NCBI GenBank assembly: GCA_945482995.1 | Contig: CALYRM010000001.1 | Location: 1,413 to 65,412 of the forward strand | Source: an uncultured Clostridia bacterium | GTDB lineage: Bacteria > Bacillota > Clostridia > Christensenellales > CAG-1252 | DNA length: 64,000 bases | Direction: 5' to 3' | In this document: positions 30,001-45,000 of the stretch, in pieces | How the letters are laid out: every line of letters begins with the position of its first letter | Numbering within the stretch: the stretch's first letter is position 1 | Program-made: the position numbers and the translations under genes | Notes under the pieces: generated by a model | What the model was told of the DNA's origin: nothing | The model's database searches: none | The model's input: only the letters and a program-made list of their open reading frames with translations

Positions 30001-33000
30001 CAAGCGTCCCAGTTATAACCTTCGCCGCCTGCGATAGAAACTCTGATACTGTACAAGCCCGAGTTGAGAGCGTACGCAAAATCGTATTCGTAGTTACCGC
30101 TACCCGATTCGCCCATATGATATTTGTAACTTACGTCGAAATAAAGGGTTACGCCGTTCGACAACGTTTTGCTAATTCTGTTAAGAGCCGAGTCGGGCGT
30201 TCCTTGTTGGCTACGACTGATAGAAACGTAGTGTTGCAAGTCGTCGAAAGAAATATCGAGTTCTCCTCCGATAAGGTAGAGCGAACCCAAGTTGCCTTCG
30301 TCGTCGTTCCATTTCAGACGAGTGATGCTCAATATCGCTTCGGCAACGAACGCGTCGTAATTGGTCGTAGCGTCGATATGAGCGGTTACGTAATAAACGT
30401 TTGCGTTTTGCGCGCCGTTAAACTCGAATTCTTCTCCGTTCGACAAGTGATATGTATAACGAATGGGAACTCTCAACGTTCCGCCCGCCAATACTACTGT
30501 GAATTCGCTCATAATCGAAGCGTCGTCCACATACGAACCGCCCAACGTGATGTTCATATAGTGGGTATTGGTATCGTAAGGCAAGGATGCCGAGTGGAGT
30601 TGCCATTCGCCCATTTCGCCCGAAACGTAAGCGAGTTTTTGAATTGTCAAAGTAGCGTCTGCGCTCCATTGCTCGTAATTGACTGCGTTATCGCCGTCCA
30701 AAACCACGCTTGCGCGGAAGAAGTAGATACCCGCGTCTATCATTGAAGGCGTTTCTACAGTGGTATAAACCGAAGCGTATTCGGTTCTGTAAGAATATTC
30801 GATTTCGGCAAATCCGTCGCCGTCGAGTAACGCCACGCGAGTCAAAGGAGACGTACCGTTATAGGTATCTGCGGTATTTGCGTAAATGGCGTGAGCCAAC
30901 ATATCGAACTTGACGGTAGTTCCGTGGAAGAACAACGCCGATAATTGACCTTCGCCGAAGCGCGCTTTGTCGATTTGTAACAATACGGTCTCGTTAAATT
31001 CGGCGTAATTGCCGTATTCGTCGCCGTCAATCTTTGCTGTTACGTAATAATAACCCGTGTTCTTTGCTCCCGTAAACGTCGCGCTGTCGCTCTCTACTCC
31101 GTCTGCCGATTGCTTGTAAACGAAGGTATAAACGACGTTCAAACTCAACGTACCGCCCGCCAATTCGATAATTACCGAACTTAATTCCGAGCCGTTCCAT
31201 TCGTTTGCGCGGTTGACGAAACATCCGTGTAACGTCGTGTCGTAAGTAAACGAGTTACCCACAAAGAATAGGTTGCCTAGATGTCCTTCGTCGTCGATCC
31301 ACTTCAGTTGCATGATTTCCAACGTTGCGGTCGCGCTCCAGCCGTCGTAATTTTCGGTTTCTTCGATAGTCGCCATTACGTAGTAGACGCCGACGTTCGT
31401 CGCGCCGTTAAACGTTTGATCGTAGAGAAATTTGTCGCCGTGTCCGTAAATATTGAACGAATAGTATACTGGAATTTCCAAACTGTCGCCGAAGAACAAC
31501 AACTTGTCTACTTGAGCGTCGTTGGGTTCGGTTCCGTTCTTTACGCCCAAGAAGTGAGCGTTCATATCGTAATTGACCGCGTTATCGGAAAGATACAGGT
31601 TGCCCAAATGTCCGGGGGTGGACGTCCACGTCAATTTTTGTATCTTCAGTACGGCAACCGCTTCCCAACCTACGTAGTTCGTCGATTCGCTGATAGTCGC
31701 TTTGACGTAATACGTACCCGCCGCGCTCGCTCCGTCGAACAGATCCGTAAATTCCGCGTTTTCTCCTATCTTGTTAAAGGTGTAAACGACGGGAATGGTC
31801 AAGCCCAAATCGCTGTAATAAAGGGTGTTGATCAACGTATCGTTGGCTTCTTGCGTTTTGCTTACGCTGAGATAGTGGATACGAGTATCGTAAGGAAGAG
31901 TGTTGTTTTCCAGATAGATTTCGCCCAAGTGTCCGACCTGATTGACGAATTGCAAAGGCAAAATCGTCAATTTGACCGTTTGAGACCAAGGCATATAGTT
32001 ATCTACTGCGTCTACGCTCAAACTGGTGCTTACTTTTACGTAATAAGTACCTGCGTTTACCACGCCGTTGAACGTATTGAATACGCCGTCGATACTAGCG
32101 CTGTATTCGTATACCAAGTTGACGTAACCGTCCGCGCTCAACAAAGGAGCGGTAAGTATCATGGTATCCAAGTAACGCGCGCTACCGTTTACGACTGCGC
32201 CGACGTAATGGGGCAAGCCGTTATACAAGATAGAATCGTTACCCGTCAACGACAACGTGGTAAATCCGTTCGGATGATTTTCGTGATCTGCATCGAACGA
32301 CAACGGAACGATTATCAACTCGCCGTCTAACGAAAGCGAATTGTAGTTATTGTCGGGATCGGACAATACCGCGCGAATGACGTAAGTACCCGCGTTGCGC
32401 GCGCCGTCGAAATCGTGTCCCGCAACCGAATACGTAATGATCGCGGTATCGGTCAGACCGTATTGTTCGGCAATAGCCAAAGTCAAACCGTTAGGACGAA
32501 TAGGCATCGAAACCGCTTTTTCCTTGCTACCGACAACGAATATATCGGCAGGAAGAACAACGCCGTTTGCCGACACTATTACGTTTACGAAATAGGTATT
32601 TGCGTCGTAGAACTGCGTCAAAGTTTCGGACAAGAAACTAAACGCCGTCAGACTTTCGTCGTCTACTCTCGCCCACATATCAGCGGGATTGATAGTCAAA
32701 GTCGCTTGATTGGTGAACGTGGTATAGTTTTTGTGTTCGACCAGTACGGTGATCGTATACGTTCCCGCGTTGCGCGCGCCGTCGAAACTATCCGAACCCA
32801 CAAAGTAAGATACCTTAGCGAGATCGTCCAAACTCAAACCGATAGGACTTACCGATACGGTCGAAGCGGGAGCGACGCGAACTACGGCGTCGTCTGCGTT
32901 CTCGTACAAAGTCAAGTAGTATTTTGCTCCGTCGTAGGTAACGGTGCGATCCGAGAAATTCAAGTTACCGATAGTCGCTTTTCCGATATTCAAAGTCGCT

Positions 33001-36000
33001 CTCATCTCTTCCGATACGAGATAGTTTGGATTATAAGCGATTTCGTTATCTACGCTGTTTTCGTTGATATATGCAACGACTTTATATTCGCCCGCGTTGG
33101 TTGCCGAAACGCCGTTCAGCGAGTCGCACGTATAGTCGGACGCGCTGTTTGTGGTGGTAACCTGATAACGAACGTTTACTACGTCGCCGTATTGAGTGGT
33201 ATTACCCGAAACCGCAATCGTCTTTTGTTGACCGTCGTAAACTACGTCCAGTCCGTCGAAGTCGATACCCGTTATCGATACTCTCGCGACAATAACGTCT
33301 ACGGTGAGATCGGTTGAGAGATAATCGTACGTCGACGCGCCGTCGGCGACGATCGTTGCCGTTATGCGATAAGTACCCGCGTTATAAATCGTGTTGTTGC
33401 TAAACGCCTTGCCGATAAGCGACGCGTCGAGAGCGTCGGGAGCGAAATAGTCGTAGGTATAAGTAATGGTCGCAATATCCGAAGTGCTTGCTCCGTTAAC
33501 CGTAAGCGCGATACTGTTGACCATAGCGGTTACCGCGACGTTCGCTTCACGACTTACGCCGATACTGTAGTAACTTGCCGTATAACTGTAATGATATTGA
33601 TTAGGCGTTTCGCCTTTTAGTTCGGGAGCGTTGAGATAAACGTTTTCGATTGCTATGGCGTTGACAACCACCGTTTGCGCCGAGATAACTACGTCTTCGT
33701 AGTTGTTGTGGCTGATGGTAGCCGAAACGGTATAAGTACCGCCGTGTAAGATACTGCCGACCTTACCGTGATTATAGGTATAGGTGTAAGTAACGGTAGC
33801 GATGTCGAAACCGTTTGCGTCGCTATCGATAGGCGAAACCGAAACGGCGTTGAGTTGAGCCGTTTGCAACAAGGTTTCGTTAATCGTATTTACGTTGAGA
33901 TAGTATTCGCGAGCGTCGTAATCGCGTTCCGTTCCCTTGAGATAGAACGTACCGTAATTATCTGCGTTACGCATCGTCGCTTTGGTGATTACCAAAACAC
34001 CGCTCAATTCGGTATCGACGTAGTTTTCGTTGACCACGCCGTTACTCTTTGCGGTAACGATTGCCACGATAACGTATTCGCCTACGTCGGTCGCTCCGTT
34101 GCCCGCATTACCGTTGATGGTATACGTTACCGACATTACGGCGTTATCTTTGTCGTAGTATTGCATATGCGCGCCGTCTACCGCGTTGACCGAAATCGTA
34201 TGCGTCAGACGATCGTAAACCACGGTTACTCTGTCGCTCATTGAGAGTTCTTTGCCGTCGCTACCCAACAACTTCGCCTTTTCGATAGTCAACTCTACCG
34301 TGTCCGTCCAAGTATTATAGTTAGCGTTATCCGCGCCGACCGTAACCGTTATCGAATATCTGCCGACGATCTTTGCTCCGTTATAAACGCCGTCGATAAG
34401 TTTTCCGCCGTCGATTACCGTTATGCCGTAAACCACGCTTACTTCGTCGCCGTATTGGGTTTTTGCAACCGAACCCAAAACAAGATCGCTACCTTGTTTG
34501 AGATAGATATATTGAATATCGGCATTATAAGTCACCGTCGCTTTGTCGATCGAAATATTGGATATGTCGATTGACTTGATGTTCATAACGGCGTTCTTTT
34601 TGGTAGGATCGTCGCTGTTCGCCACTACGAGCGTGTTGTAGTTTGCGTGAGTCGCCGTTGCGGTAATCACGTATCTGCCGACGTTGGTCGCGCTGTGACT
34701 GTCGTCTCCGCTCGGCGAAATAGTATATTGAATATTGAGCAAAATACCGTGTTGGCTATACGCTTGGTTGACCGACAAAGTGTGAGTATAACCGTTGTAG
34801 AGATATTCCGCGTCGGTCAAAGTCACGCCCGTTATGTCGGCTTTGGTAATGCTCCAATTCATAGTCGCGCCCGAAACGATGGTATAGTTGGTGTTGGTAA
34901 TCGAATAGGTAGCGACGTACTCGTCGACGTTTACGCCTTTGGTTCCCGATACCGAGAAACCGAGATCGGATTCGCCTTGACCTATCGCAATATTGTTTAT
35001 TTCGTAAGTAACGTTGACCATAACGTTATCGAACACTTTGGTGTATTCGGTAACCTTGGTTGCTCCGACGTACCAGTCTATCGTCAAAGGTCTTTGAGCG
35101 ATGCTCCAGTTATACGTTGCGTTCGACAATATCGAATAGTTGGGGTTGCTTACAGTTATGGTTTGCGAATAGTTACCCGCGTCGCTGTTTTCGAAAGAAT
35201 AAGCGTAGCGTTGTAACTTCAATCCCGACGACTCGTAGGACGACGCGGTGTAACCCGTCAATCCCAAATCGTCGCCGTCGATAATGTTGTCGATAACCAA
35301 AGTACAAGCGTGTACGTTGCCGTCGTAGACGTTGTTACTCGAATTAAACGACCAGTTCAAATCCAAAATTCTGCTGTTGATAATACCGTTTCCGAACGAC
35401 ATCGTAGATTGACTGAAGTCGTCGGCTGTACCGTCCGCGCCGAACTTGTAGTTATCGGTATCGCCCGACGAACTTACCATCGTATACGTAATGGTTTTGC
35501 CTACGCCCACGTTTTTGTCGTCGTACGTTGCCGAAACTTCGATCGTATCGCCTTCGAGAATGGACGAACTGCGGAACACTACGTTTGCGTTCACCGTACC
35601 GTCGTAGATCTTGGTATGATCGAAACTGACGATTTCGATACCTTTCTTGTATATTGTACAAGCGACGGTCGAAGTCTTGACGTCGTTGACGTACAGCACG
35701 TAGTTTGCCACGTGAACGGAATCTCCGCTCAGCGAGAATATAACGCTTCTGTCGCCGATCGAAGCCGAAGCCGAAATCGACGAATAGACCGCGCTGATAG
35801 ATACGGGAGCGACTCCCAGTATACTGTCGTCCGAAACCGTAAAGTCGGTAAACGCGAGTTTTTTGTTATATACCTTATCGGCAGAATTTTCTCCGATGGT
35901 TATGGATATGCGTTTAGGCAAAACGTAACCTTGAACGGTATCTTTTTCTTCGCTTTCTATATTCAATATATAATTGGACTTATCCGAACCGTTGATGACG

Positions 36001-39000
36001 AAGGTGATCGTCTTGCTTGTTTCACTGCTGTTCGCGTCGTCGAAACTTGCGGTAATGGTAGCGTCCGTTCCGTCTACGATACCCGAATGAACGTCGTCGT
36101 TATCTACCGATTGCAAAATTTCGAAGTACGTATATTTAGCGTCGGTATCGTAGATTTTGCTCCAAGAACCGACCGTCGAACTATCTTTGACATAAACGGT
36201 GCGAACGCCGATTTCGACGTGCCACAAAACAGTGTCGTACGCGCCTTCGACCAAGTTACAAGGAATTTCGCCTCCCGTTGCCCCCGGCGTTGCGAATACG
36301 ATGTCGTACTTGCCTACGTTACGGATAATCTTGTTGTTTTGATATTGAGCGTAGCTGTATTGAACTTCGTTAATCAAAACGATGATTTCGTTGACGTTTA
36401 CTCCTTCGACGACGGGTATAGCGTTACGGAAGTAAGATCCGTCGAAAACTTGTTGGAAAGTTTGGTCGGGATCGTCTACGTCGAACGCGCTCGCCGCTTG
36501 GTTGACGGTATAGGTCAAAACGTACAAATCTTCGTCCGACGATACTCTACCGCCCCAAGAGCAAAGCGAATTGTTGTCGACGGGGCTGATCAAAGTCGCT
36601 CCGCCCGTCTTGGTGCTTCCCGACTTGAAGTAACTGTTGTCCGAATAACCGTCGTCGTTGTTGTCGAATACGAAATTCGCTCTATCGTCGCCAACCAATG
36701 TCAATTCGGTCCAATAACGACCTGCGTTTGCAGAACCGTACGCGCTGTCGTACAACGGATTATAAATTCTGTCGGCAGACGCGTCGCTAGGCAACCATTG
36801 ATGTTCCTTGTGGAACGCTCCGCTCGTCGCTTGGTTAACTCCGCAGAAGCAAAGTCCGTAGTAGATTTGCGAGAAGGATATAGCCGAAGCCGTCAAAACG
36901 TCGCTACCCGACGTAGCGATTAAACTGTGATGTTGATAGTCGCCCGTATACGAAATCGTATCGCCCCAAACGTAATCTACGCTAGAACGCAAGGTATACG
37001 ACGAATTTTGATAATTATAAATGTTGTGCAACCAACGAATATCGGCAAGACCGATCGCGTAAGGCGTGATACCGAATTCTGCGGTTGCGTTTTCCAATAC
37101 GTAGTTCGGCATATCCGTCAAAGTAGCGGTTACGGTATATCTACCCACGTTACGCGCGCCGAGTTCGGCCATATCGGTAGTATAAGATATGGTTTCGCCG
37201 GCGACTTGATTGTCGAAATAAATACCGAGTTCGCTTTGCAATCTCGCGGTTGCGTTGTAAACCAACGAATCGTAGGTGATACGGATCGAGATGTTTCTCG
37301 GGCTGATCTTCCAAGACTCCAGAGCGGTTTGCTCGGGTAACGTATAGTCGTTGTTGCTCAAACCGATCGCTACGGCGTCGGTATAAACGCCCGCGTTGAT
37401 TTGCGTAGCGTTTTCGACTATTATCGTACAAACGTCGTTCGACGCCAAATTATTGGCGCGAGCCGAAACGGTATGACGCAATCCGTCGTAAACGGTATCG
37501 AGCGTCGTACTGCCGTCCAACAACCATTCGAACGAAATAGTTTTGCGTGTGATCGCATAACTGCCTTCCGCCTGAGTTTCGGGCAATTGATAGTTATCGT
37601 TGTTGAGTTTGACGATACTTGCGGTGTAGAACAGATTGTCGCCGTTGACGTGTACCGAAGTAAAGTTACACGATTTAACGTCGCCCAAACCAGTAGACGT
37701 CATAGTCCAAGAACTCGAAGTAGGCATTTCGCCCGTAGTCGAGATAGTGAACGTAACGCTGTCGCCCGCAACCACGTTGGAAACGTCGAACGAAATACCG
37801 TGCGCCGTTCCGTCGTATACGTAGGTCGAGCCGTTGGCGGTGATGCCTATGGTAACGGTACGCTTCGAAATGCTCCACGAAGCAAATCTGTTATCCGACG
37901 GCAATTTGTAGTTATTGTCTGGATTGGTCGCGATCGACGAAACGGTTGCGTCGTAACCCGACGAGATGTAATTGACGGCGGTAAAGTCGTAAGTGATTTT
38001 GTATAACTTGACGTAATACGTAACTCCGCTTTCAAATCCGTCCGCGCTGACTTCTACGTAACTTCCGCCGTTTAGAACATAATAGGTATACGCCGAATTA
38101 TAAACGGTAGCGACTTCGTAGTATTCGACTGCCGACGATCTTACGGGAACGTTGCTTCCGTTGTGAGTATAACCCACTGCAAGAGCGTCTTTGTTTGCTT
38201 CCAAGATGTTGCCCACGGTCAAAGTAACGCCGTGCGCCGTTCCGTCGTAAGTCCAAGTCGAACCGTCGTTTGCCCATTCGAGAGTCAACGAGCGTTGTCC
38301 TATCGAATAAGACGTTACGCCCGACGTCGAGAGAACGTAGTTGTCGGCAGACGCGTATCTGCTATAAGCGTGCGTCGCGCTGACCGTTTCGATACCGCTT
38401 ACGGTAACGTCGTAGATACCGCAATTAATCGAAGTAAAGTCGTAAGTACCGTTAATTACGGCGGTAGTTCCGCCTACGATACCTTGATACTCGTAGTTAT
38501 TGGCGGTGGTAGTCAATACGATGGCTTCGTCGTCGACGATATTCGAAACCGTCAATCTTACGCCTTGAGCGATTCCGTCGTAAATACCCGAGTTTGTGGA
38601 TATGTAACTAAACGCCAAGTCTACCGTGCGCTCGATAATATCCCACGAGCCTTTCGTTTTGGTAGGCAACGAGTAGTTCTTGCCGTCGTATTCGTCGGAA
38701 ATCGACAAAACGTTGGCGGTATATTTGCCTTTTGCAACGCCCGTAAACGTAAGCGACAATGAACCGTTGCCGTTGCTGTTGTACGTACCCGAAACGTTGC
38801 CCTCGATACCGTCGGATTCGAAGTTGAATACGACTTTATCGGTTGCGACCATTCCGCTGACGGTAACGCTTATACCTTGGGCGTCGCCGTTATAGACAAA
38901 CGAAGCCGAAGTCCAAGCGACGTTCAAAATTCTCGGAACGATCTCCCAATCGGTTTGAAGTTCGCCTTCCGACGAATCCAATTGATAGTTGTCGTTATCT

Positions 39001-42000
39001 ATACCTACGATCAAAGCGACGTATTCGCCAACCTTGTCTGCGGTATTGACCACGTTCGCGCCGTCGTTTGCATACGTAATATTGATAACGTCACCGCTAC
39101 AACGATTGAGAATTGTAGCGTATACGCTTAGATAATTACCGTTTCCTACGTATTGCAACGTTGTAGCCGACCAACTTATATCGTTTTTGGTAATGGCGCG
39201 TTTATAGATCGTCCATTCGGTCGAACAGATTTGGCTGTCGGACTCGAAAGTATAATTCTTAAACGCTTCGGCGTCTAATTGAACTCTCGCGATATACGTA
39301 CCCGCGTTGACCGCGCTGTTACAAACTTTGGCGGACGTATCCGCTATATATTCGAAGCCCAATCGACAAGTAACGTTTGCTCCGTTATTGCCGTTGACCG
39401 TATAACCCGTTACCGTAGCCGTTACGGTTTGAGTAGACGCGTTATACACGATCCTAGCGTTCGCCAACTCGGTATCGCCGTATTTCCACTCGGGTTCGGC
39501 GATTATTTGCTTGGTGATTTGCCACGTGTTAGAAATAACGTCGGGCAAGATATAATCGTTATAACCGCGACTGTCTATAACTTTGCTGATAGTCGAAACG
39601 TAAATGCCCGCATCCGTACCTACGTCGCCTGTTCCCGACAATACGAACGAAATGTACGCGCTGTCGCTTGCCAAAACGCCCGAATCTCCGTCGACCGTAC
39701 CGACCGTCGCGCTGACCGATCTTTGCAAACCGCTGTAGACGGTAGAAGAACCGTTCCATGCAAGCAAAGAATTATTAAGCGTTTGAGCCAAATTGTCGTA
39801 TACCCACAAGATAGACGCGACGCGTTGCGAAACGGTATAAGCCTTTTCGCCCGCTATTTGATAGTTTGCGCTGTCTACCGCGTCGCCCATACCGACGAGT
39901 TTAACCGCATAGTTACCCGCGTGGATCGAAGCCGTAAAGGTATAGACGTAGGTGTCGAAGCCCGAAGCGGACGTCAGAGAATCTCTGGTAAAGTTGTTGA
40001 CTCCCGTGACCGAGCCAGAACTCAATTCGGTTACGTTCGCGTTGAAGTTTACCGAATCTCCCGCGATGATATTCGATATAGTAACCGTTACGCCCTGACC
40101 TTGACCGTTATAAATCAAAGAAGGATCGTTCCAATCAACTACCAAGATACGTTTGTTGATATACCAAACTAACGAACGGGTACTTTCCGCGCCCAAAATG
40201 TAGTTGAGATATCTATCGTCGTCTCCGCCGATTTCGATAACCGTCGTGGTATATTTCCCCGCTTTGATAGCCGAGTTACCGCTATTCGAATCGGTTTGAT
40301 ACGACAAAATCAACGTTGCGCCGTCAACTATACCCGTAGGCGTTGCCGAAACGGTCTTTGCCGTTTTGTCGTAGGTATAAGCCGTCGAGTAATCCCAACT
40401 GAAACCGATTTGTTTTTGCTTAATCGCAAACGAACCTTGATTTTCGGGTAACGAATAGTTCTTGTTACCGTTGTTCGACGCGTCTATCGAAACGATTTTC
40501 GCGGTATAACTACCCGCCGAAATGCGATTGACGGCAAATACTATCGAAGTCGCCGAAGTAACGGTGTTAAGCGTGGAACTAAACGTATCGAAAGCATTTG
40601 AATAATCTACCGCGCCGTCGGTGGTATAACGGAAACCGTCGATGATATAACCGAAAGTAACGTTGTCCGAAGCGATCAGATTTCCTATAGTTACCGAAAT
40701 ACCTTGAGCGTTGTTGTTGAAAATCAAGTTGGTCGAAGTACCCCAAGAGATCGTCAAAACGCGTTTTTGGATCGTCCAAGAAATACTTAACTTTTGATAT
40801 TCTTCGTTTTCGCTCGAATTGTTGACGGGCAGACGATAATTGTTCGACGGCGAACAACCGTTGATGGTCGCCGTATAATCGCCCGCGTCGGTAGCCGAAG
40901 TCGTACCGCTATAAGTAAACGTAACCAAATAACCGTCGACGACGTTTCCTGCGGTTGCTTTTATGCTCTTTTCGGTACCGTCGTAAGCAAACGGCGAAGA
41001 ATAATTCCAAGTTATCGTCAACATACGTTTTTCGATAACGAACGTTACGCCGTCTACCGACATCTTGTAGTTAGATGCCGAAACGCAAGCCGAGTTTTCA
41101 CTATCCGCGCTGGGCAACGCGCTTGCCACGCTTATGCCGTCTACCGAGAACGAGCCTGCCGAAATCGAATAGAAAACGTAATCTCCGTTGACGACTTCGG
41201 TCGTACCGCTGATAATTCCCTTGACGGCGAAGTTATTGGTAACGACGTTGAGTTTAAGTTTTTCGTTGTTTTGAATACCGCCCAGAGTAGCGGTAACGCC
41301 GTGTTGTGCGCCGTCGAATACGGCAACGTTTCCTTGATCGGTAGCCGACCAAGTTACTTTGACTTCGCGCGGACTTAGGGTAAATTCCGAAGAACTGCCT
41401 TGCATCGTATAGTTATCGTTGACGGGATAACCGACCAAATCGTCGGACATAACCGCGCTTACGGTATAATTACCCGCCTTGACCACGCTGAGCGAAACGG
41501 TGAATACGCCTACGCCCGCTTTGTTTTCGACGTTTGCGGTGGTATAGGCGGTATCGGTTATCAAGGCGTCGCCCGTCGACGTAAATCTTGCGCCGAGATT
41601 AGCGATAGTCGTGTTGGTGCTTACGTCTTTTGCCGACAAACCGATTACGTACGCGATACTGTCGTACGCTCCGCTTTGATCGGCGCAAATACCCGTAATC
41701 GTTATGGTAACCGTTTGTTGAGCAAGACCGTTATAGATGCGAGTGTTGTTGACGTTGATAGCCAACGTCAAAGGACGCGCGCTTATTTGCCAATCTTTTG
41801 TCAAAGTAGCGTTATTGGGGAGTTTATAATCGTCGTTGGGATTAGAAATAAATCCGACGACTTTCGCTCTGTAATTGCCTTTTTTGACGCCCGTATTACC
41901 CGTAACGTCCAAGATAACTTCGTCGTTGCCGACCGCATTGGATACCGTCGCGAATATCGAACGGGTTGTTCCCGTATAGGGCGAATAAGGAGTGGAAAAA

Positions 42001-45000
42001 TCACCCGACCAGGCGTCTAGTTCGTCGGTTGTCCACTCGATGACTACCGTGCGTTGACCGATATCGAAACTACGATCGGTAGACGACGGATAGGTATAAT
42101 TGTTGCTGTCGATTCCTGTATAGAAATCGCCTTGTTTAGTTTTGTCGAAAACTACTTGATAGGTGCCGTAGTGAGTTGCCTCGAAACTCAACGTAAGGCT
42201 TCCGTTCACGACAGCGGTATGCGAAGCGTTCGAAGGACTTACTCCGACAGAGTTACCGCAAACGTACGAGTAACTTACCGATACCGACTGACCGTCCAAA
42301 ACGTTGGATATGGTCAAATCCAGACCCTTGAGCAGATTGCCGTCGTAGTTAAGTCCCGAATAAGCCGTGTAGAAGAACGACAATTCTCTGGGATTGATCG
42401 TATAACTACTGCTACCGCTCGTCGTAATCGCATAGTTGCAAGCGTATTTGTCGTAGTCGGACGTCGTACCGCCTACTCTAGCCACCGTAACCGCGCCTAT
42501 CGAGTACGCCGAAACGTAATTGCCCGATCTCAAAACGTCGATTGCGCTAAAGTCGTACGAAAGGTTGCTCACGCCGACGAGCGACGTGGTTACGTTGCCC
42601 GCGTACAAGTTGTTTGCGATCGAGAGCGTAACGTTACTCAAATCGGCGGTTGCGATACCGCTCAAATTCATCTTGACGCCTTGGAGTTCGCCGTTATAAA
42701 TCGCTTTCGCGCTCGAACCCGTGTACGATACGTTGATAGTCGCTTGACCTACCGTAATCGTCAACGTCAAAATACCCGACGCGCCGACGTAATAGTTGTC
42801 GCTGTTGCTCTTAAGCGCAACGGTATATTTACCTACGTCTTTTACGCCGAACGCCACGTTACGCGTCGCGCTACCCGTCGCGGTAACTATAAGGTTATTG
42901 CTTACGGACGGCGTTGTCGCATAAAGAACGTCATCGAAAGTAAGGTTGTTGCCGACGATGTTATTCGTGCCGTACGAAACGCTGTGAATTAATTCGAAAT
43001 CGTCGTTGTCGATAAGTTTGCTAAGAGTCAACAACGCGTCTTGTCTTGCGCCGTTGTACGTCAGCGATACGCTCGAAGAAGTACCGAAAGATACTTCGAC
43101 TTGTTTGGGCGTAATAGTATATTCGGTGGCGTTGCCGAGATTGGATTTAAGTACGTAGTTCGCCGAGTCACCGCCGATTATTTGAACCAAAGTAACTTCG
43201 GTAACGCTGTACGCCGTAATCGCGCCGTCGACTTTTCTTACGTTTTTGGAAGTAAACGAATAGCCCGACGTCGAAGTATTGCCTACGCCGTTAGCGTTTA
43301 CCAAGGTATTGCCCGTATAAGACGTTACCACTGCGAATACCGCTTTTTCACTGCCGACCAATCCTTTTACGGTTACCGTTACGCCGTGGTTTGCGCCGTC
43401 GTAGACGCAAGATCCCGTTCCCGACCACTCCAACGTAATCGTGCGAACGGTTATTTCGTACTTACAGTTATCCGAAATGTTTGCGACCAATTCGTAATTT
43501 TCGACGTTCGCGTTACCGCCCTTGATAGCCGACAGCGAAACGTCGGTAACGGTATAGATACCCACGTTGACAGAACGGAACAAATATCCGTTGGAAGTAT
43601 CGTTCGAAACGCCGTCTGCATTGGCCAAAGTGTTGGTAGCGTAGTTTGAAATTACTTCGAACACCGCTCTTTCACCGCCGGCAAGACCGCTCACTTTTAC
43701 GTTTACGCCGTGAACGTTACCGTCGTATGCGACGCTACCGCTACCCGTCCAAGTAAGTATGATTTTCGCTTTGCCGATAACGTACTTACAGTTATCGTCC
43801 GAGACGTTGGTTACGAGTTCGTAATTCGACGCTTTTGCCTGACCGCCCTTGATAGCCGACAAGGTAATCGAAGATACGTTATAAGTTCCCGCGTTCGTCG
43901 CGCCGAACATATACGAAGCGTTGCTTACGCCGTTTGCGTTTACCAAAGTATTGATTGCGTAATCGTTATCTACGACGAACACCGCTTTTTCGTTGCCGTT
44001 CAAACCGCTTACGGTAACGGTAACGCCTTGTACGTTGCCGTTATACGCGCCGCTACCCGAACCCGACCAAGTCAAAGTTATGGTAGCCTTGCCTATCGTA
44101 TACTTGCAGTTAGCGTCCGAAACGTTGCTCGTCAACGAATAGTTGTCGGCTTTGTTTTGACCGCCCTTGATACTCGCAAGCGAAACGCTCGTAACGGTAT
44201 AAGTACCTACGTCGATATCCAAAAATCTGTAGTTCCCGTCCGAAACGCCGTCCGCGTTGACTAGGGTATTGCTCGTATAATTGTTTACCGAATCGAATAC
44301 CGCTTTTTCACCGCTTACCAAACCTTCGAGCGTAACGGTTATACCTTGGTTTGCGCCCGTATAACCTTTGCTACCGCTACCCGACCACGTGAGCGTCAAA
44401 ACTTTCTTGTCGATGACGTATTTCGTATTTGCGTTCGACGAACCCAAATTGGCGACCACGATATAGTTGCTTGCCAATCCGTTACCGCCGATAATCGAAT
44501 CTATCGAAACGGCGTTCGCGATATAAGAGCCGGCGTTAATGGCGCGTAGATAATACGTACCGTCGGCAACGCCGTTTGTAGTATCTCTCAAGGTGTTGCC
44601 CGTATAATTGCCGTCGACGTTAAATACCGCTCTTTCGCCGACAATCAAACCGTTTACCTTGACGGTTACGCCGTGATTTTTTCCGTCGTACGTACAACTA
44701 CCCGATCCCGACCAAGTCAAAGTAACTTCCTTGGCGTTTATCGTAAACTTACAATTCTGATCGCTTACGTTAGATACGAAGTCGTAGTTATTTACGTTAG
44801 CCTGACCGCCCTTGATAGCCGACAAGGTAATCAAAGAAATATTATAAGTTCCCGCGTTCGTCGCGCCGAAACCGTAATCGCCGTTGGCGACTCCTACCGA
44901 CGCGCATAGCGAATCGGTAGCGAAAGTTCCGTTCGAAACGAACACCGCTTTTTCGTTGCCTTTCAAACCGCTTACCGTAACGATAACGGTTTGAGAATTG

